NCBI GenBank assembly: GCA_965637545.1
Contig: OZ281500.1
Coordinates: 18,910,001-18,974,000, forward strand
DNA from: Phallusia mammillata
Lineage: Eukaryota
Direction of reading: 5' to 3'
DNA: 64,000 nt
The notes beneath the pieces were generated by a model. It was not told the DNA's origin and did not search any database. It was given only the letters and a program-made list of their open reading frames with translations. Below, piece after piece: positions 23,935 to 37,983 of this stretch. Positions within the stretch are counted from its first letter, which is position 1, and each line of letters opens with the position of its first letter. The translations under genes and the position numbers were made by a program.

Positions 23935-26900
23935 ATGGGGACTGTCATTCCTATGGAAAACATCATTGAAAACAAAAACGCGACTGGCGGTTTACAGGGA
24001 GGGCCATCAGGGTCAAGTGATGACATCATCAATGACGTGGTACCTGACGGACAACCGCTTAACGTGGTAATTATTACTGTTGAACTAATTTTGTTGCAAA
24101 ATTATTGCACGGAGTTGCTAAGAAATAAATAGATTTAGTCTGAACGCAGGTTTAAAATGCAACTTTTGACATATTAATTTGATCATAAAACCTGGATGCG
24201 CTATTTAAGTGTATTGCTGCAGGATAAAGTTTAAAATTTTAACTCATGTCTTTAACCGTTTTCTTTTGTCGCAGTCGCCGCTTCACAAGGCATGGCAGCT
24301 AATCGGATTTTTTCGTCGTATTTTTATTTACTTGTCGCTAAATGCTCTCGCCGAATTAGGACTTCTCAACCTCCCAGACTGGGCAAGAGTTATTTTTAAG
24401 GTAAAAACTTAAACCATTTTAAAACAATCCGTAAGGTTAGTGTAAAACTGTTTTTTTATTGCAAACTGTATGTGCGACGGCAATTTAGCCAATACTATTT
24501 GGGGCAAAGAATAACACATAGACTTGCCGTTTTAAAAAAGACTAAATTTGCAATGCTCTATAAGGTTCTACAAAATGTAATCAGTAATCACAAATTTGGG
24601 CAAAAAGTTCTAACCATATATGGTCTAATGTTTGTCTGAGCCTGTTTGTACACTGCAATTATAATCTTGTCATCGTTTGTAAAAGGATTTTAGTAACGTT
24701 TTGTAAAGTTATTTAGATATTTGTAATATGAATAGTTTAATTTGTGTTTCTCTTTTACAGTGTCTGCCCATAATAAGTTTAATCGTTTTCGTTTTCCGCC
24801 AATTCAACTCGTTTCGACGTTTATGGATCAACAAATACGGACTACTTGTGTTTATATCACTCATATTCTCATTAACTGCCGACGCATGTCTTGTTTTCAA
24901 GCAGATCGAGGCGGTGTTTCTGATAGGTAAGCACGGTTGTTAATACTTGCAACCCACAATGCTTTTGTTGCAAAAACTGTTAAAATAGACGACAACATAG
25001 CGTTTATTATTTAAATGCATTGCACCAAGGTATTAAATTACATAGGTAATATATGATTTTTTTGTAATTATACATGAGTTTTTATGGCCTAGACTCAGGC
25101 ATGAGCTTTAAGGTAGCAACCGTACACAATTTGATGAGTAAGGACAGTTATCTTTCTCATAACTTGCAGACTGCAGCTGCCTGAGGTTGGAATATTAAGT
25201 GCTACTATAATTTTGGATTGACTATCATATTTTTGTTACAAATTGCTGTGAGCATAACTGTTTATGTTTGCCACGAAAACGTGCTTGACTGCATAAAACG
25301 TGATAGATTAGAGAATGCCCTAATTTGTTAGGCAGTAAACTGCCATCGGAAACTCACACTCGGTAAACGTGCTATATCCCAATGGCTAAACATCATAACT
25401 GTTCATAAGGTACCACAAGACAAAGGTACCACATCAACCCAAAAGGCGAATGGAATAGAGTCTATATTCAATAGACCTTGTGTAATATACCCTGGTCCTA
25501 TTTTAGATTGTACCTAATAGTTTTGATACCAATTCGACTTGAGAATTTTGTTGTTTGTTTGTACAAAATTGGTCTATTGTTGCACACACACACACTAAAA
25601 AAAACATTAATCAACATGTATAGACGGAAATTCGGGCATCGCAAAACGTGATATTAATTCATTAAACATCCTCTTATCAGGCTGTACATGACATAGCTCA
25701 TCACTCAATATAAAACTTTGGATCATATTCAGTTAATCATGCTTACTTACCAACGTGGCGTGGAGACAGGTGATGAAATGACCACCATGTAATTTTGTTT
25801 TGCAGGAATTGTATGTTTCATCATATCTCACGCCTTGTACATGTTCGCATTTGGTTGGACTCCTTTCAAATCTCGTCTACTTGTCAGAAGTTTCATTGCT
25901 GCTGGACTTGTTTACTAGTAAGAAAACAATTGATGTGGCCCTTTGTTACAGAAGCGACTTAAACCGTTTGTCACGTAACTGGTTTTGTGCAGTCAGCCGT
26001 AGCGACAAAACTTGATGGCCGTTTTAAGTTATGACTTATTTAAAGCAGGGAGTCGAACCGCTTGTCATATGGGTTCAGGTTCGGTTCGGGTTCATTTGTT
26101 TTTGTTTTTAAGGGTTCGGGTTCGGTTCAGGTTTTAAAAAATGTATATTTTCGGGTTCGGGTTTTGTTCCGGTTTGGGCAAATTATCGGGTCCGGACCGG
26201 TTTGCGGTTTTTAAACCGGTTCAAATTTTTATTCATTTTAATTTAATTCTACCCATCTACCTGTCCTTATCAAACTCCCAAAATATTTTGCAGGTGCACT
26301 GTTATTTTTGACACGCCCTATAAGTGTTATCTCGCGTATTCTTCAGTGCGTTGTTTTCAATAAAAATCACAACATTTAAAATAGACTGCATTTTTTACTG
26401 GTTCGGTTCCGGTTCGGGTCCAACGCCAAACAAAATATGGGGTTCAACTCCGGTTCGGGTTTTCAGAAAAGCGTAGTTAGCGGTTCGGGTTCGGTTCGGG
26501 TTTAATGAAATTAACCGCTCAAACCGGTTCGCGGGTTCGGGTTCAGTTCCGGTTCGACTCCCTGATTTAAAGAGATTGAAATTAAATGCTTAGATTTGTA
26601 GCGCAGTTTAATCTGAAACAAAAAAAGTTTATATTGCAACAATTAACATATTTAACTCTCTATGAAACAAGTCTTAGAGTGCTTTTAGATGGCTACACTT
26701 ACCAATAGGCTACAGCCAGTGTCTTTTACCAGCTGTACTAATCTTATGTACCGAAAAGCAATGTGCAATGTCGGTAACAAACTTGTTATTTGGCACATTG
26801 CTTTTACACATTAATTTGTATCTGCAAAACAACGAACAACATTTTCTCGTTTATTGCTGTAAAATCTTGTCATACAGCAACAGAAAAATATTATGACACA

Positions 26901-28336
26901 TTTTTATGTTTACAGTTCTGTTTATATACCGAGCCCGAATGGTACAAGAGTGAGTCTTGCCCAGCGGTCCCTGGTGTTAAAGATTGGTGGAGGAATTTAT
27001 GCGGCCGTTGTGTTCTCTATGCAATGGAGAGCCTGGGCCCGAGTCTCTTACCAAGATTTGCAGAATGGTAAGGGATTTTAAATGTGGCAAAATAGTTTGT
27101 TTAAAGTCACGCAGAGGCGATTTGAGCAGGGAAACCGATAGACTTGGCTAACACAAATTTTGACGTACACAAAGTCGCTTCTATCGACATTGGTATACAA
27201 GACAAGAGCAGGGGGATAACCACCACTCAAAAAATGCCTATTTGCGTTTGTAGAGTACCCTGTTAAAGAGTTTTCGGCATAATTTAGACCAGTGCTTGTC
27301 AACCTTTTTTGAACTGGTACACCCTTTTAACGTTTACTCAAAAATTCGTACACCCCAGTCAAAAATGTATTCATCCTTGTAATACACTGAGTCTGAGGTT
27401 CTAACCAGTATTAGGATGAGCAGGTTTTTTTTAAGGTTTGGTTTGGGTGACCGCTAAATAGTTTTAAGAGACCGCAAGTGTTTCATTTAAATACCCAAAA
27501 ATAGCCATATTTGCTTTTTAGGAAACCGCTGGAGAAATCAAAACACCTTAAAAAAACACTGAGGATGGTACAATGTAAATCCTTTAACATATATTTTATG
27601 GCAAATACACTTCAGTCAGTCTGGTCTAAAACGTAAACCTGCCTATTGTGATACCTGGTAATAGGCGTATTGTACTATTGAACCTCGTACATCCTAATAC
27701 ACCCCATCAAAATGGTACACCCTTTAAAAATTGTGGTACACCCTGGGGTGTACGATACACCCGGTTGAAAAGCACTGATTTAGACTTTTAAAGAAATGTT
27801 TTTTATCCAGAATAGCCAGATTTTTTAAAGTAAATTTCGTATGTTCTTAGCACATTACCAATCGATTATTATTATTGACATGATACATTAAACACAGTTG
27901 TAAGTGGGTGAATAATGCCCTTTTAATGAAGTGAGCCTATCGTAGATATATCGCTTGTAAACGTAACAAAACGATTGTTTACATCACCGCCCACGTAAGA
28001 GCTGTAATTGGAACGAGTGACTTATCCACCGTTTGTTACGTATTCCTGGAATTCCAAATTACGTACTTTCCACGTCAATATATGTGACTCATCACTTACC
28101 AGTTAAACAAATTTGTTTCTGCAGGTCGATGGTATGAGTTTCTAGGTGCAATAGGAGCATCGCTTTTTGTGCTTTCCGACATTATCCTTGTGGTGGACCT
28201 TTTCAAATTCATTATTTACGGAGGTGACTACGCTATCCTTGTATTTTACTACCTCGGTCAAATGTTGATTGCGCTTTCGGTCTTGGATGGAAAAGATATT
28301 AAGTGGCCGCGAGTGGGCGATACGGAGTCAGGGTGA
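23935..28336 (+). CDS. TMEM86: TMEM86/YhhN-family protein, paralogue B, 6 exons, ~299 aa
   Basis: Exons 23935-24066, 24275-24400, 24761-24926, 25806-25917, 26916-27067, 28125-28336 (900 nt). Motifs K-CLPI, FSLTADACL, ISHALY, FVLSDIIL, FYYLGQ. Shares WARxSYQDxxxGRWYEFxG with paralogue A. Confidence 0.88.
26046..26564. mobile_element. hAT-type MITE (second copy of the 11729 family) in intron 4 of TMEM86-B
   Basis: Perfect TIRs CAGGGAGTCGAACC / GGTTCGACTCCCTG. Perfect TSD ATTTAAAG (26038-26045, 26565-26572). Confidence 0.93.
27290..27777. mobile_element. hAT (Charlie/Buster-like) MITE in intron 5 of TMEM86-B (488 bp)
   Basis: TIRs CAGTGCTTGTCAACC / GGTTGAAAAGCACTG. Perfect TSD ATTTAGAC (27282-27289, 27778-27785). 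Its internal segment ~27449-27572 recurs at ~56057-56200. Confidence 0.9.
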
Positions 28337-29871
28337 GTTTGAAAAGAGGCTTAAGAGGGTATATGTGTAATTAAGTCAGGACTTGAATATTTCGTCCAAC
28401 ATTCACCAATTATAGATGTTTTGCTTTTATCCTAACTCTGAGTAGACCTGAACATGAAAGTGTTAGTATAATTGAAACAAAGATGTAAATGTTCAAATGC
28501 ACTTGTTATTAAATAGGCAACGGCTGATTGTAATAATATACACCAAATGCAATTGGTTTGTAAATTAAATTAATGATGAATGTACTCATATTTTACAGAT
28601 GCAAGGCATGCTGTGCCAGCCCTAAAGCTTGTATTACAACCTCTCCGGGTATAATTGCAAAGTGGATTTTCGACTGATTTTGAACATTATTAGCTTTGTG
28701 TTCTATGAATACTGCAACCTTTTAAACATTACGTCTATGCAGCACATGCAGTTTATCCTCAACGTTTTTAAGCATCCAGAGAAGAATCGTACAGTCAAAA
28801 ATCTAAGTTCGGTTTCCAGCTTGCTGGGTGTATACTATAACTATAGTTGCCAAGTTTTCTTATTATTCCAACTAAAATAAAACAATTGCCGGCATAAAAA
28901 TACCACTAGTTACATGTTAACTGAAAGTTCAACCAAATAAAAGACTGTAATTAAATAACTACATGATCAGCATTGCAAATAAACATTGTGACATTGCTTG
29001 TATTTTTAAACCCGAACCTTTGGTGTATCTTCAAATAAACAAAATCTATCAAGCGTATTGTACTGACCCTTAGGGTCTGATATTCTATGTCTAGTGTACT
29101 TTGCTATGCGCTGATTTTAAGTTTAAAAAACGCTTGACTTATATAGCAGTTGATTTTAAAAATGTCAAAATGTATAACCTGACTGGAAGCCGTTTAAGAC
29201 GTTGCTTCTCGGTAAAACGTAAAGGGACAATATAAAAATAGCATTAAACCAGTTTATGACCGGTTCAATGATTGGTAAAACTGGTTTTGTTCGATTACAA
29301 ACCGGTCAAGCTTTTGTAAAGAAAAATGCTAGGTAATTTGACCGTGACAAATAAAATATGTCACTATTATTGCATGCGCATAAAAATGTTTTAATTTTAA
29401 GTCCAAAGTCCGATACAGTATCAACCCGGGTCAGTTTGTTTGCAGTTTGGCGTTTTTCGAAGTAATACATAGCAGCATCGGTTACGACGAAACTTAAAAC
29501 ATAATTTCCGTAGCCCGGAAAGCAAGGGTTACGATAGCAGTGTGAATTATATGTGTGCTATTTTTGTGCTAAACCAACTTAAGCTGCCATAAGCTGTTCT
29601 GCACGGCACAGTGAGAAAAAAACGTATGAACTTGCAGGTGTAGCAGATTATGCATTACATTAGGACTTGTAACTGTGTACAATTAACAGCACGGAGATAA
29701 GTTTAATGTATTAGATGTGTTTCAAAATCAAGAAATGTCAGTTGTTTGGAGTTCCTAGAGAGCTAGACCGCTTGTAAGCATTGTCCACAAACACTATGTC
29801 GGGCATAAGCATTATGAGTTTTACATATTTAGGCACAAAATTTCATTTTTAGGTCACCTGTTTTTAATAAA

Positions 29872-32800
29872 ATGATCCCGTTTAATGATCAGCACTTGTT
29901 CAAGTTTATTATTTCCGCTGTTTTGTATGTGTTTTTTGAAACAGTGGGACTATTGGGCACCATCTTACCAGAACCGGTGGCTCTGGCGGTCTCAGTTGTG
30001 CTGAAGGTAAACCCAGTATAAATATTTACTTGCACATACACAATGTACACAATGACAATATTTATTTGCCACTACAAGTATTCATAACGTACAGCTTTAC
30101 CCGAAAACTTCTTACCTCATCCAGACAAAACTTGAGGTACAAATGATTTATAATGTGGTAAGGCTTGAACTAATCGACATCGGTTAATCCGGATATTCGC
30201 CTGATCTGGACATTTTTTTGGTCCAAACGGGTCCGGATTAACCGAGGTTTACTGCATGCAACAACCTAAATAATTTACAATATGAATCTATGACGTTTAA
30301 AATGGTAAAACGATATATTTTCGCCTTTAAAGACAATTGAAAAGCGCCTAATTGGGAAAGTTTGAACAGTTTGAAAACAATTTTTGACTCATTTTTAGGT
30401 TTACCCGATGACGCAGTTAAATCGTTTTGTTTACAAGAAAATTTCACGCACCGATAATTATGTCACGTGGGTCTGGCTGGGACTCTCTTGCTCCACATGC
30501 GGCGACGCTTTCCTCGTTTATCCACAGAAATACCCGGTCACATTTTTGTTCGGTAAGGATGTTGTTCGACCGTGACCCAAAATGTTAAATGTTTAGGACT
30601 ACAACATTTTTTACCATGATCTTATTTAATTTCCTTTTATTGGCCTCTTGTGCTCAAAGTGCATGTGATACTTTTTGAGGACAGTATAAAAGTTGCCCAG
30701 ATTAGTAATTCATTACAAACTGTCGACTTTTTCGCAGCGTTTGTGTAGTTTGGTCAAGTTTATAATAATTAAAAGTATTTGTATTAAGTGGAAATACTAT
30801 TAACGTATAAACTCAAATTAGACTGAGTTTGCTAAATACTGATGGATGGCACAAGGAACATTTGCGAACATTTCAAAGCATTTGGTGAAAATGCTAACGG
30901 TTAGGGTTATAAAAAGGGTTTGGGTATAGTTTTTTTAAATGATAATAACAATAAAACCAACTTACAAACTTAGTTCCTAAGGATAAATTTAGTTCCTAAT
31001 CCCATCCCGTCTCAAATTAAATAACTGTGTTCTTTACACCTCTCTATCGCGCGGTATATACCAAACATGTGTATGTTGTGAGTTTTTGTGTTAGTGGCCA
31101 TACAGTATTTAGTGAATACCTTCATAGCTTTTAGACGGTATTAAATTGTATTTCCGTTGTGTTACAAGAAAATATAATGCACAGGTTTATTCATGTTCTT
31201 GATCGGACACGTATACTATCTACGTGCTTTTGGTTTCAATGGTTTCTATCCCAAAATCTTCACTGTATGTCTTATCCAAGGTCTGGCCGTTTTCACGTAA
31301 GTAACTTAGCTGTTACGTGGTTTGACCCAACAGGTACAGCTACTAACATAATAACCTACAACAGTAAAGTTTGCTACCTACCAATAGATGGCTTAAAGAG
31401 CGCAATTATTTAAATTATGAGCAAGATTGGGTTAGGGTTAGAAACTAAAACTTGCAATAAAAATGATGATTTTAAATTACTAATTTAGTGCCTAATATCG
31501 GTTACGCATTTAAAACATTACAAACAAACAAATTTTGTACACTAGGCAAGCAGTTATAGTCGAAAGGCACGAATTTTGTTGCTAACAGGCACTTTGTTTG
31601 TCTATTGCTCTTTAAACTATAATCAGTTGCCTTTCTAGAAAGCAAAGATTTGAAATGCCCAATATAATTTTTTTGGTTTTAGGTATCTGTTCACTGGAAA
31701 ACTGGGAAGCGACAGCATTGTAATGAAAATAAGCTGTGTCGCATATGGAATAGCTTTATTTGCAATGATGTGGAGGGCTTGTGCTCGAGTGAAAAAGATC
31801 AGTTTGCGTGAAGGTAGGCCTACTGTTTATCTAATAATAATGTATTTTATTGAAGAAACTACTGCTTAGTTTGGCTTATGTAAACACGAAACGTAATTAA
31901 ATAATAAACAATTGCAAAGTATGTAAATGAAAAACGTAACCTACCTTTTCAGTCAGTTGTGTTGACAAAATCCAAGTACATCCAAGTACAGTTTCACCAA
32001 AACTATAAAACTGGTTTCATCTGGTTTACGGATGTAAACAGAACATTACAAGACATTCACTATTGCAGTTAACAAGTCTAAAACGTTTTACAATCACTTT
32101 GCTTTGCTATCGCTTCTTTGACATCCTATATGTGCATGGCAGGACAAGCAAACTGTCAACAAAGCCTGACCCGCACGATTAGCCGGAATTTTGTGCACTT
32201 GCTAATTACTTGTGCCCCTAAAGCACAATCTTAATTCGAGCTTCGAAAAACGCAACAATTAAGATCACTGCTTTAGTTATTGGTACATCTTCCAAAAAAC
32301 TTAAAACGGATAACAAACCATTCATTCATTTATTTGCTGTGTTTTACATTTTTCACAAGAAGTAAGGTAAAATAAACTAATATGTGTGAAGACAATGGCA
32401 TGCAATTACGACACAATTAAAAAATTTGACGCAACAATTGGAATTGCTGATTTTCAACAGGAGGAACTTTTTCCATACGATTAAATAGTCGCATTTATTT
32501 CTAGCCATTACGAATAAAGTTGGAATAAAGTTTAGTTGGATGTTGTAGACTGTGTCATTTGCTATAATGTTAAAATACACAAAAACAAATTTAAAACTAA
32601 AAGTTACGGTTTTGCGGCGGCACACCCAGCACCGTCTTGCGGCACACCAGTGTGCCGCGGCACAGCGGTTGCGGAGCACTGGGATACACGGCTTTAGGCA
32701 TACCTTGTTAAGCGGCGTAGGTCTTGATCACTTTGCTTTGCGTCTGTTTTGCGGAACAACCTTGATAAGAAAAGTTTAGACATTTTAAAAATAAAGAATT

Positions 32801-33153
32801 TTTTGGGCGGCCATAGGACAAGTGAGACAAAACAGGTTTAGAACCCTTGTTTTAATACTCTGTGCTAATTTCCCGAACAAAAATCACATCGTTTTCTCCT
32901 GCATGTTTCATACCAAAACTCCGAGCTATGTTGATTGTTACTTTCAAATTTTGTTTTGTTCATTGCAGGAGATTGGCAAATCGTTATGGCTGCTGTCGGC
33001 TCCGTTCTCTTTGTTATTTCCGACTTCATGCTGTCTGTGGAAAAATTTCGACGTCATATTCCTGCCACGAAGCTATGCATCATGTCAACTTATTATGGAG
33101 CTCAGTTTCTGATAGCGGCTTCCACGCACAACCGTCTGCAAACAACTGGTTAA
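29872..33153 (+). CDS. TMEM86: TMEM86/YhhN-family protein, paralogue C, 5 exons, 238 aa
   Basis: Exons 29872-30006, 30399-30552, 31185-31296, 31683-31813, 32969-33153 (717 nt). Motifs CSTCGDAFL, LIGHVYY, FVISDFML, TYYGAQ. Confidence 0.88.
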
Positions 33154-34370
33154 TCTTAGTGATAGTTCATGTTTAGATTGAGTTTATACTTGTTTTTGTT
33201 CGGCATTGCGCCGTGCTCATAATTTATTTCAAAAAATACAAATTTTGAATTTTTGACTCTGTTTGAAAAAGGTTGAAAATGTGCTTGTTTTAAATGGTGT
33301 TGGATCTTTTACAAGTTTAATTTTGCCCCATCTGTTGTTAGCTTTTTGTTTTTTTACAACAAATGTTATCGTCTTTAAATTCCGCAAAAAGAAAAGGTGG
33401 GAAAAAGTTATACGCTACGAACTTAATTGTTTAACGATTACATTTTCAGTTGTTATCCAAATACATGCGCGATGTTTTGTTTAGTCTATTTGTAAAAAAA
33501 ACTCTTTTCGCTGTTGGCGCACTTCCATAAGTCGTTTGATGGAGTATTTCTACCTTTTAGGAAAAAACAACAACAACAATATCGTTCATCTTGTTATAAT
33601 GTCTTTATACACAACCCTACTTCAACATGAAAATGCCCATTAAAGGATTTACTGTAAAGAAATTTTAATAAGTATGAAACCTTACTGGTCAAAACAACAT
33701 GTACTGTGTAAAAACACTTGTGTAGGCTACTGTGTGCAACTAACTTTTTATTTTTTTTGCACATTGCTTTTGCACATTTACTTATATTTGCAAAGCATCG
33801 AAGCAACATTTTCTCGGTCATTGCTGTGAAATCTCGTGATACAACAACAGAAAAAATCATTCTATTATTACATCATTTGTATTACCAATAAACATTGTGG
33901 CATTGCTCCTATTCTAAACCCGAACCTTTGGTTTATCTTCAAATAATAAAAATCGATCAAGCGTATCAACGCGGGTCAAAGGTTGTGTTTGTAGTTTGGC
34001 GCTTTTCGCAGCAATACAAAATTTTTCCATAGCCCGTAAAGTAAGGCATATAACAGCTGTGTGAATTATATGTGTGCTATTCTTGTGCAAAACAACTTAA
34101 GCTGCTATAAGGTGTTTGGCATGGCAGAGTGAGAAACGTATGAACTTGTAGCAAATAATTACACATTGTAACGGTGTAGGCTATAGTTTACAGCACAAAT
34201 CAAGTTAAATATAGTGAGCAGTGACTTAGTTATGTTGAATCAGAAGAAATGATAAAAAGTTGCCAAACATAGCATTGCCATTGCCTATACTATAAGTTAA
34301 GCAGGAACATTATTAGTTTTACTTGTTTTAGCATCAAAATTTCATTTTTAGGTCACCTGCGATTGACGAA

Positions 34371-36874
34371 ATGATTCCGTTCAACGACCAGCACTTGTTC
34401 AAGTTCATTATTTCCGCTGTTTTGTATGTTTTTGTCGAAACATTGGGTGTATTGGCCATCATCTTTCGAGAACAGGTGGCTCTGGCGGTCTCAGTTGTGC
34501 TGAAGGTAAATATTTGCTTTCACATAACAGTACACAATGACTTTTCTGCCACCACAAGCATTCAAAACGTTAAGCTTTAGCCGAAAACTTAGCGAAAATA
34601 TAACATTAGTACAGTAAACCTCAGTTAAACCGGATTCGGATAATCTGGATCTTCATCTTCGCCTAATTCGAACAAAACTTGAAGTACAAATAATTTGTAA
34701 TGTGGTAATGCTTTAACTAATCGACATCGATTAATCCGGATATTCGCCTGATCTGGACATTTTTTTTTTCGGTCCAAACGAGTCCGGATAAAACAAGTTT
34801 ACTGTACACAAAAAACTATATTAATTCACACTACGAATTACTGACGTTTGACATAGTGGAATGATACATTTTTGCATTTAAATACAACGTAAAGACAATT
34901 GTAAAGCGTACATGCGGACAAGTGTTTACAATTTGAACACAATTTTTGACCCATTTTTAGGTTTACCCGATGGCGCAGTTAAATCGGTTTGTTTACAAGA
35001 AACTTTCACGCACCGATAATTACGTGACGTGGGTCTGGCTGGGACTCTCTTGCTCCGCATGCGGCGACGCTTTCCTCGTTTATCCACAGAAATACCCGGT
35101 CACATTTTTATTCGGTAAGGCTATTTGAACCGCAAATCCAAATGTATCAGTCGCTTATGGGTTCAGTTAGTCTAAACTTTAAACATTCGGCCGTTACCCA
35201 CGCTGTTAATTAGTTCATGACTATATCAAGACTTTTTAACATGGTGTTATTTGCTTCACTTTGTATTGGACTGTATTAATTTTGAAACCGGACATAAAAA
35301 TGGTACGTAACGGTAAAGAAACACTACATTAGTGCCATAAAATCAGTAAACGGATGCAAACACCGCTCGGTTGAAAATACGCCAATGCAAGAATATGTTC
35401 ATAAATGGGACACAATAATCGCCCTCTTGTGTGGACAAAGTGTATGGAATAACGTTTAAGAACAATATTAAAATTTTGCTATTCTCAGATTAATTTGAAT
35501 AAGTAAATTACAATCAGAGAGCTTCTGTTAAGTGAACACCGTTATAGCTTGTAGAAAGTGTTAAAATAAAATCAAAGTTGTGGAAATTACTTCCATTGCG
35601 TTACAATAAAGTATTTTGCACAGGTTTATTCATGTTCTTGATCGGACACGTATACTATCTACGTGCTTTTGGTTTCAATGGTTTCTATCCCAAAATCTTC
35701 ATTGTATGTCTTATCCAAGGTCTGGTCGTTTTTGCGTGAGTAACTTAGTTGTGGTTCAACCTAACAAGATAACGATATTGCTTTCACACAATTGGGCTTT
35801 AAACTAACAAATATAAGAATTGATTGATGAAAAAACTACCGAGAACACAGCAGGGTTTGCAAAAAAAAAACTGATTTGAAATTACAGCTATGGTAGTTTT
35901 CCTTACAGCAATTACGTTTTTAAAACATTACAAACAAATAAACTTAGCACACTAGGCAAGACCAAATATAGCGCTCATAGCTAAAAGGCATTTTTTTCCT
36001 ACAACAGCCACTTTAGTTGCCAATTGCTCTTTAAACCATAATGAGCCACCATTTTGACAAGCAAAGATTTGAAATGCCCCTATGTAAATTCTATGTTGTT
36101 TTTAGGTATCTTTTCACTGGAAAACTGGGAAGCGACAGCATTGTAATGAAAATAAGCTGTGTCGCATACGGAATAGCTTTATTTGCAATGATGTGGAGGG
36201 CTTGTGCTCGAGTGAAAAAGATCAGTTTGGTTGAAGGTACTCTATATCAAATAATGTATCTTATTAACAACGGCTCAGTTTGGCGGGAAACATAGAAAAC
36301 ATAATAATATGTTCAATGGCGATATATCAGTTACAATGACGAGCACTTGTACACCTCGCCTGACGGAACTTTGAAACGGATCACAAACCATCTATACATT
36401 TAATTTGCTGTGTTTTACATTTATTGAAGTCACGAAAAGTAAGGCAAAATTTCTTAACCAGGCTAAATTCGATATTGCTTTCGGGTAAAAGGAATGCATA
36501 ACTTTGGTAATACTTGATGAGCGACACAACTTTTGATCACTGTGTTTTGAGAGACTACCTTGATAGGAAAAATGTTGGGGTCACTTTAACATTAAAATCT
36601 ATAGATTTAAATGAAAACCTGGTAATGCTTTATTTCATAATGCTACACTGTCGACGCTTATGCTTAAACTTAAATTCGTTTTATGGCAGGAGATTGGCAA
36701 ATCGTTATGGCTGCTATCGGCTCCGTTCTCTTTGTTGTGTCGGACATCGTGCTGGCTGTGGAGAAATTTCGACTCCATATTCCTGCAACGAGGCTGTGGA
36801 ACATGTCAACTTATTATGGAGCTCAGTTTTTGATAGCGGCCTCCACACACAACCGTCTGCAAATAACTGGTTAA
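34371..36874 (+). CDS. TMEM86: TMEM86/YhhN-family protein, paralogue D, 5 exons, 238 aa
   Basis: Exons 34371-34505, 34961-35114, 35624-35735, 36106-36236, 36690-36874 (717 nt, same exon sizes as C). Motifs CSACGDAFL, LIGHVYY, FVVSDIVL, TYYGAQ. Confidence 0.88.
34612..34804. mobile_element. Tc1/mariner (pogo-like) MITE, 193 bp, intron 1 of TMEM86-D
   Basis: TA|CAGTAAACCTC ... AAGTTTACTG|TA: imperfect TIRs with a TA target duplication. A 5'-decayed copy sits at the same position in intron 1 of paralogue C (ends at 30254). Confidence 0.8.
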
Positions 36875-37983
36875 TTTTAATGAAAGTTAATGTTCAAATT
36901 GAGTTTACATAAATTTCTGTCTTGTAAATGAGCCGTGCTCTTAATTTTTTTCAAGAAAAGAAACTGTTGAATTTTTGATTGTGTTTAAAACGGGTTGAAA
37001 ATGTGATTGTTTTGACTGCTGTAGTATCTTCTATAAGTTTAATTTTTGCTCCATCCTTTGTTGGCTTTTTGTTTTTAAATAACGAAGTTTATTGGGGGAG
37101 TAGGGAAATGGCGCAAAAAGACAGTTGTAATTCTTCCCAAGTCACTTGATACCGCACTTAGAAATTTGTTTTGAACAAATTAAAGCAGTACTGTTCCTCT
37201 TATTTCTATTTCTTATAACCAAGTCTGCTTTACAAGCACAAAAATGCCCATTTAAAGACTTTTGTTTGCGAATTTAGAAGCATTATTTTAATTGCCATGG
37301 TGGTAAGGTAACTGATTTTATACTACCAGTTAAGTGTTAGGAAATATCTCCAATTCCTTTTCAAATATAGTAAAGCGTCTTTAACATTGTTCAAATTTGC
37401 TTTAATAATAATACCGATATTCAACAAAACGAGTATTTCCCTAGGAAGCAATAAGCTTAAAAAACAAAATATAGGCTACAGATATACATACTAGTCAAAA
37501 ATAGAATGGCTGCCTACATGTGTGAGATCTGTAAGGCTTTTTTATACTAACCTTACATGACTCGTTAAGTTTTAACACAACTGTGTTGCCATCTTTTCTT
37601 TCATCCAGCAAAATGGTCTAATCTCAACTCAGCTTTAAAACTCTTGCAACACTTAATCGTGAAAACGTTGCGGGAGAAAATGATTTTTTTAAACAAAAGG
37701 CAATGTCAAGAACAAAAGTCAACTATAAAAAATTATAAATACTAAAAAAGTTTGCAACAAATGAATCGTTTTACAGTGCGAGGTATAACATCTTAAAACA
37801 GCAAGCGAATCCAGTTAATCGCATATCATACTTGCCAAGCTTTTTGGAATTAACCGTATAATTTGATTATAAGAACGATTTTCTTTGCTATTGACGACAG
37901 TTAGGATTTACGGTCCCTATGCGATTAAACAGGCTAAGCTATGCGATTAACCGGATTCATGTGTATAATACGAACTATTATGA

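Larger units (their letters stand above)
28978..37260 (+). repeat. tandem gene duplication (units ~28978-33650 and ~33887-37260) containing TMEM86-C and -D
   Basis: Alignable upstream blocks (AATAAACATTGTG...TAAACCCGAACCTTTGG), near-identical exons and alignable 3' flanks. Unit boundaries are approximate. Confidence 0.85.
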
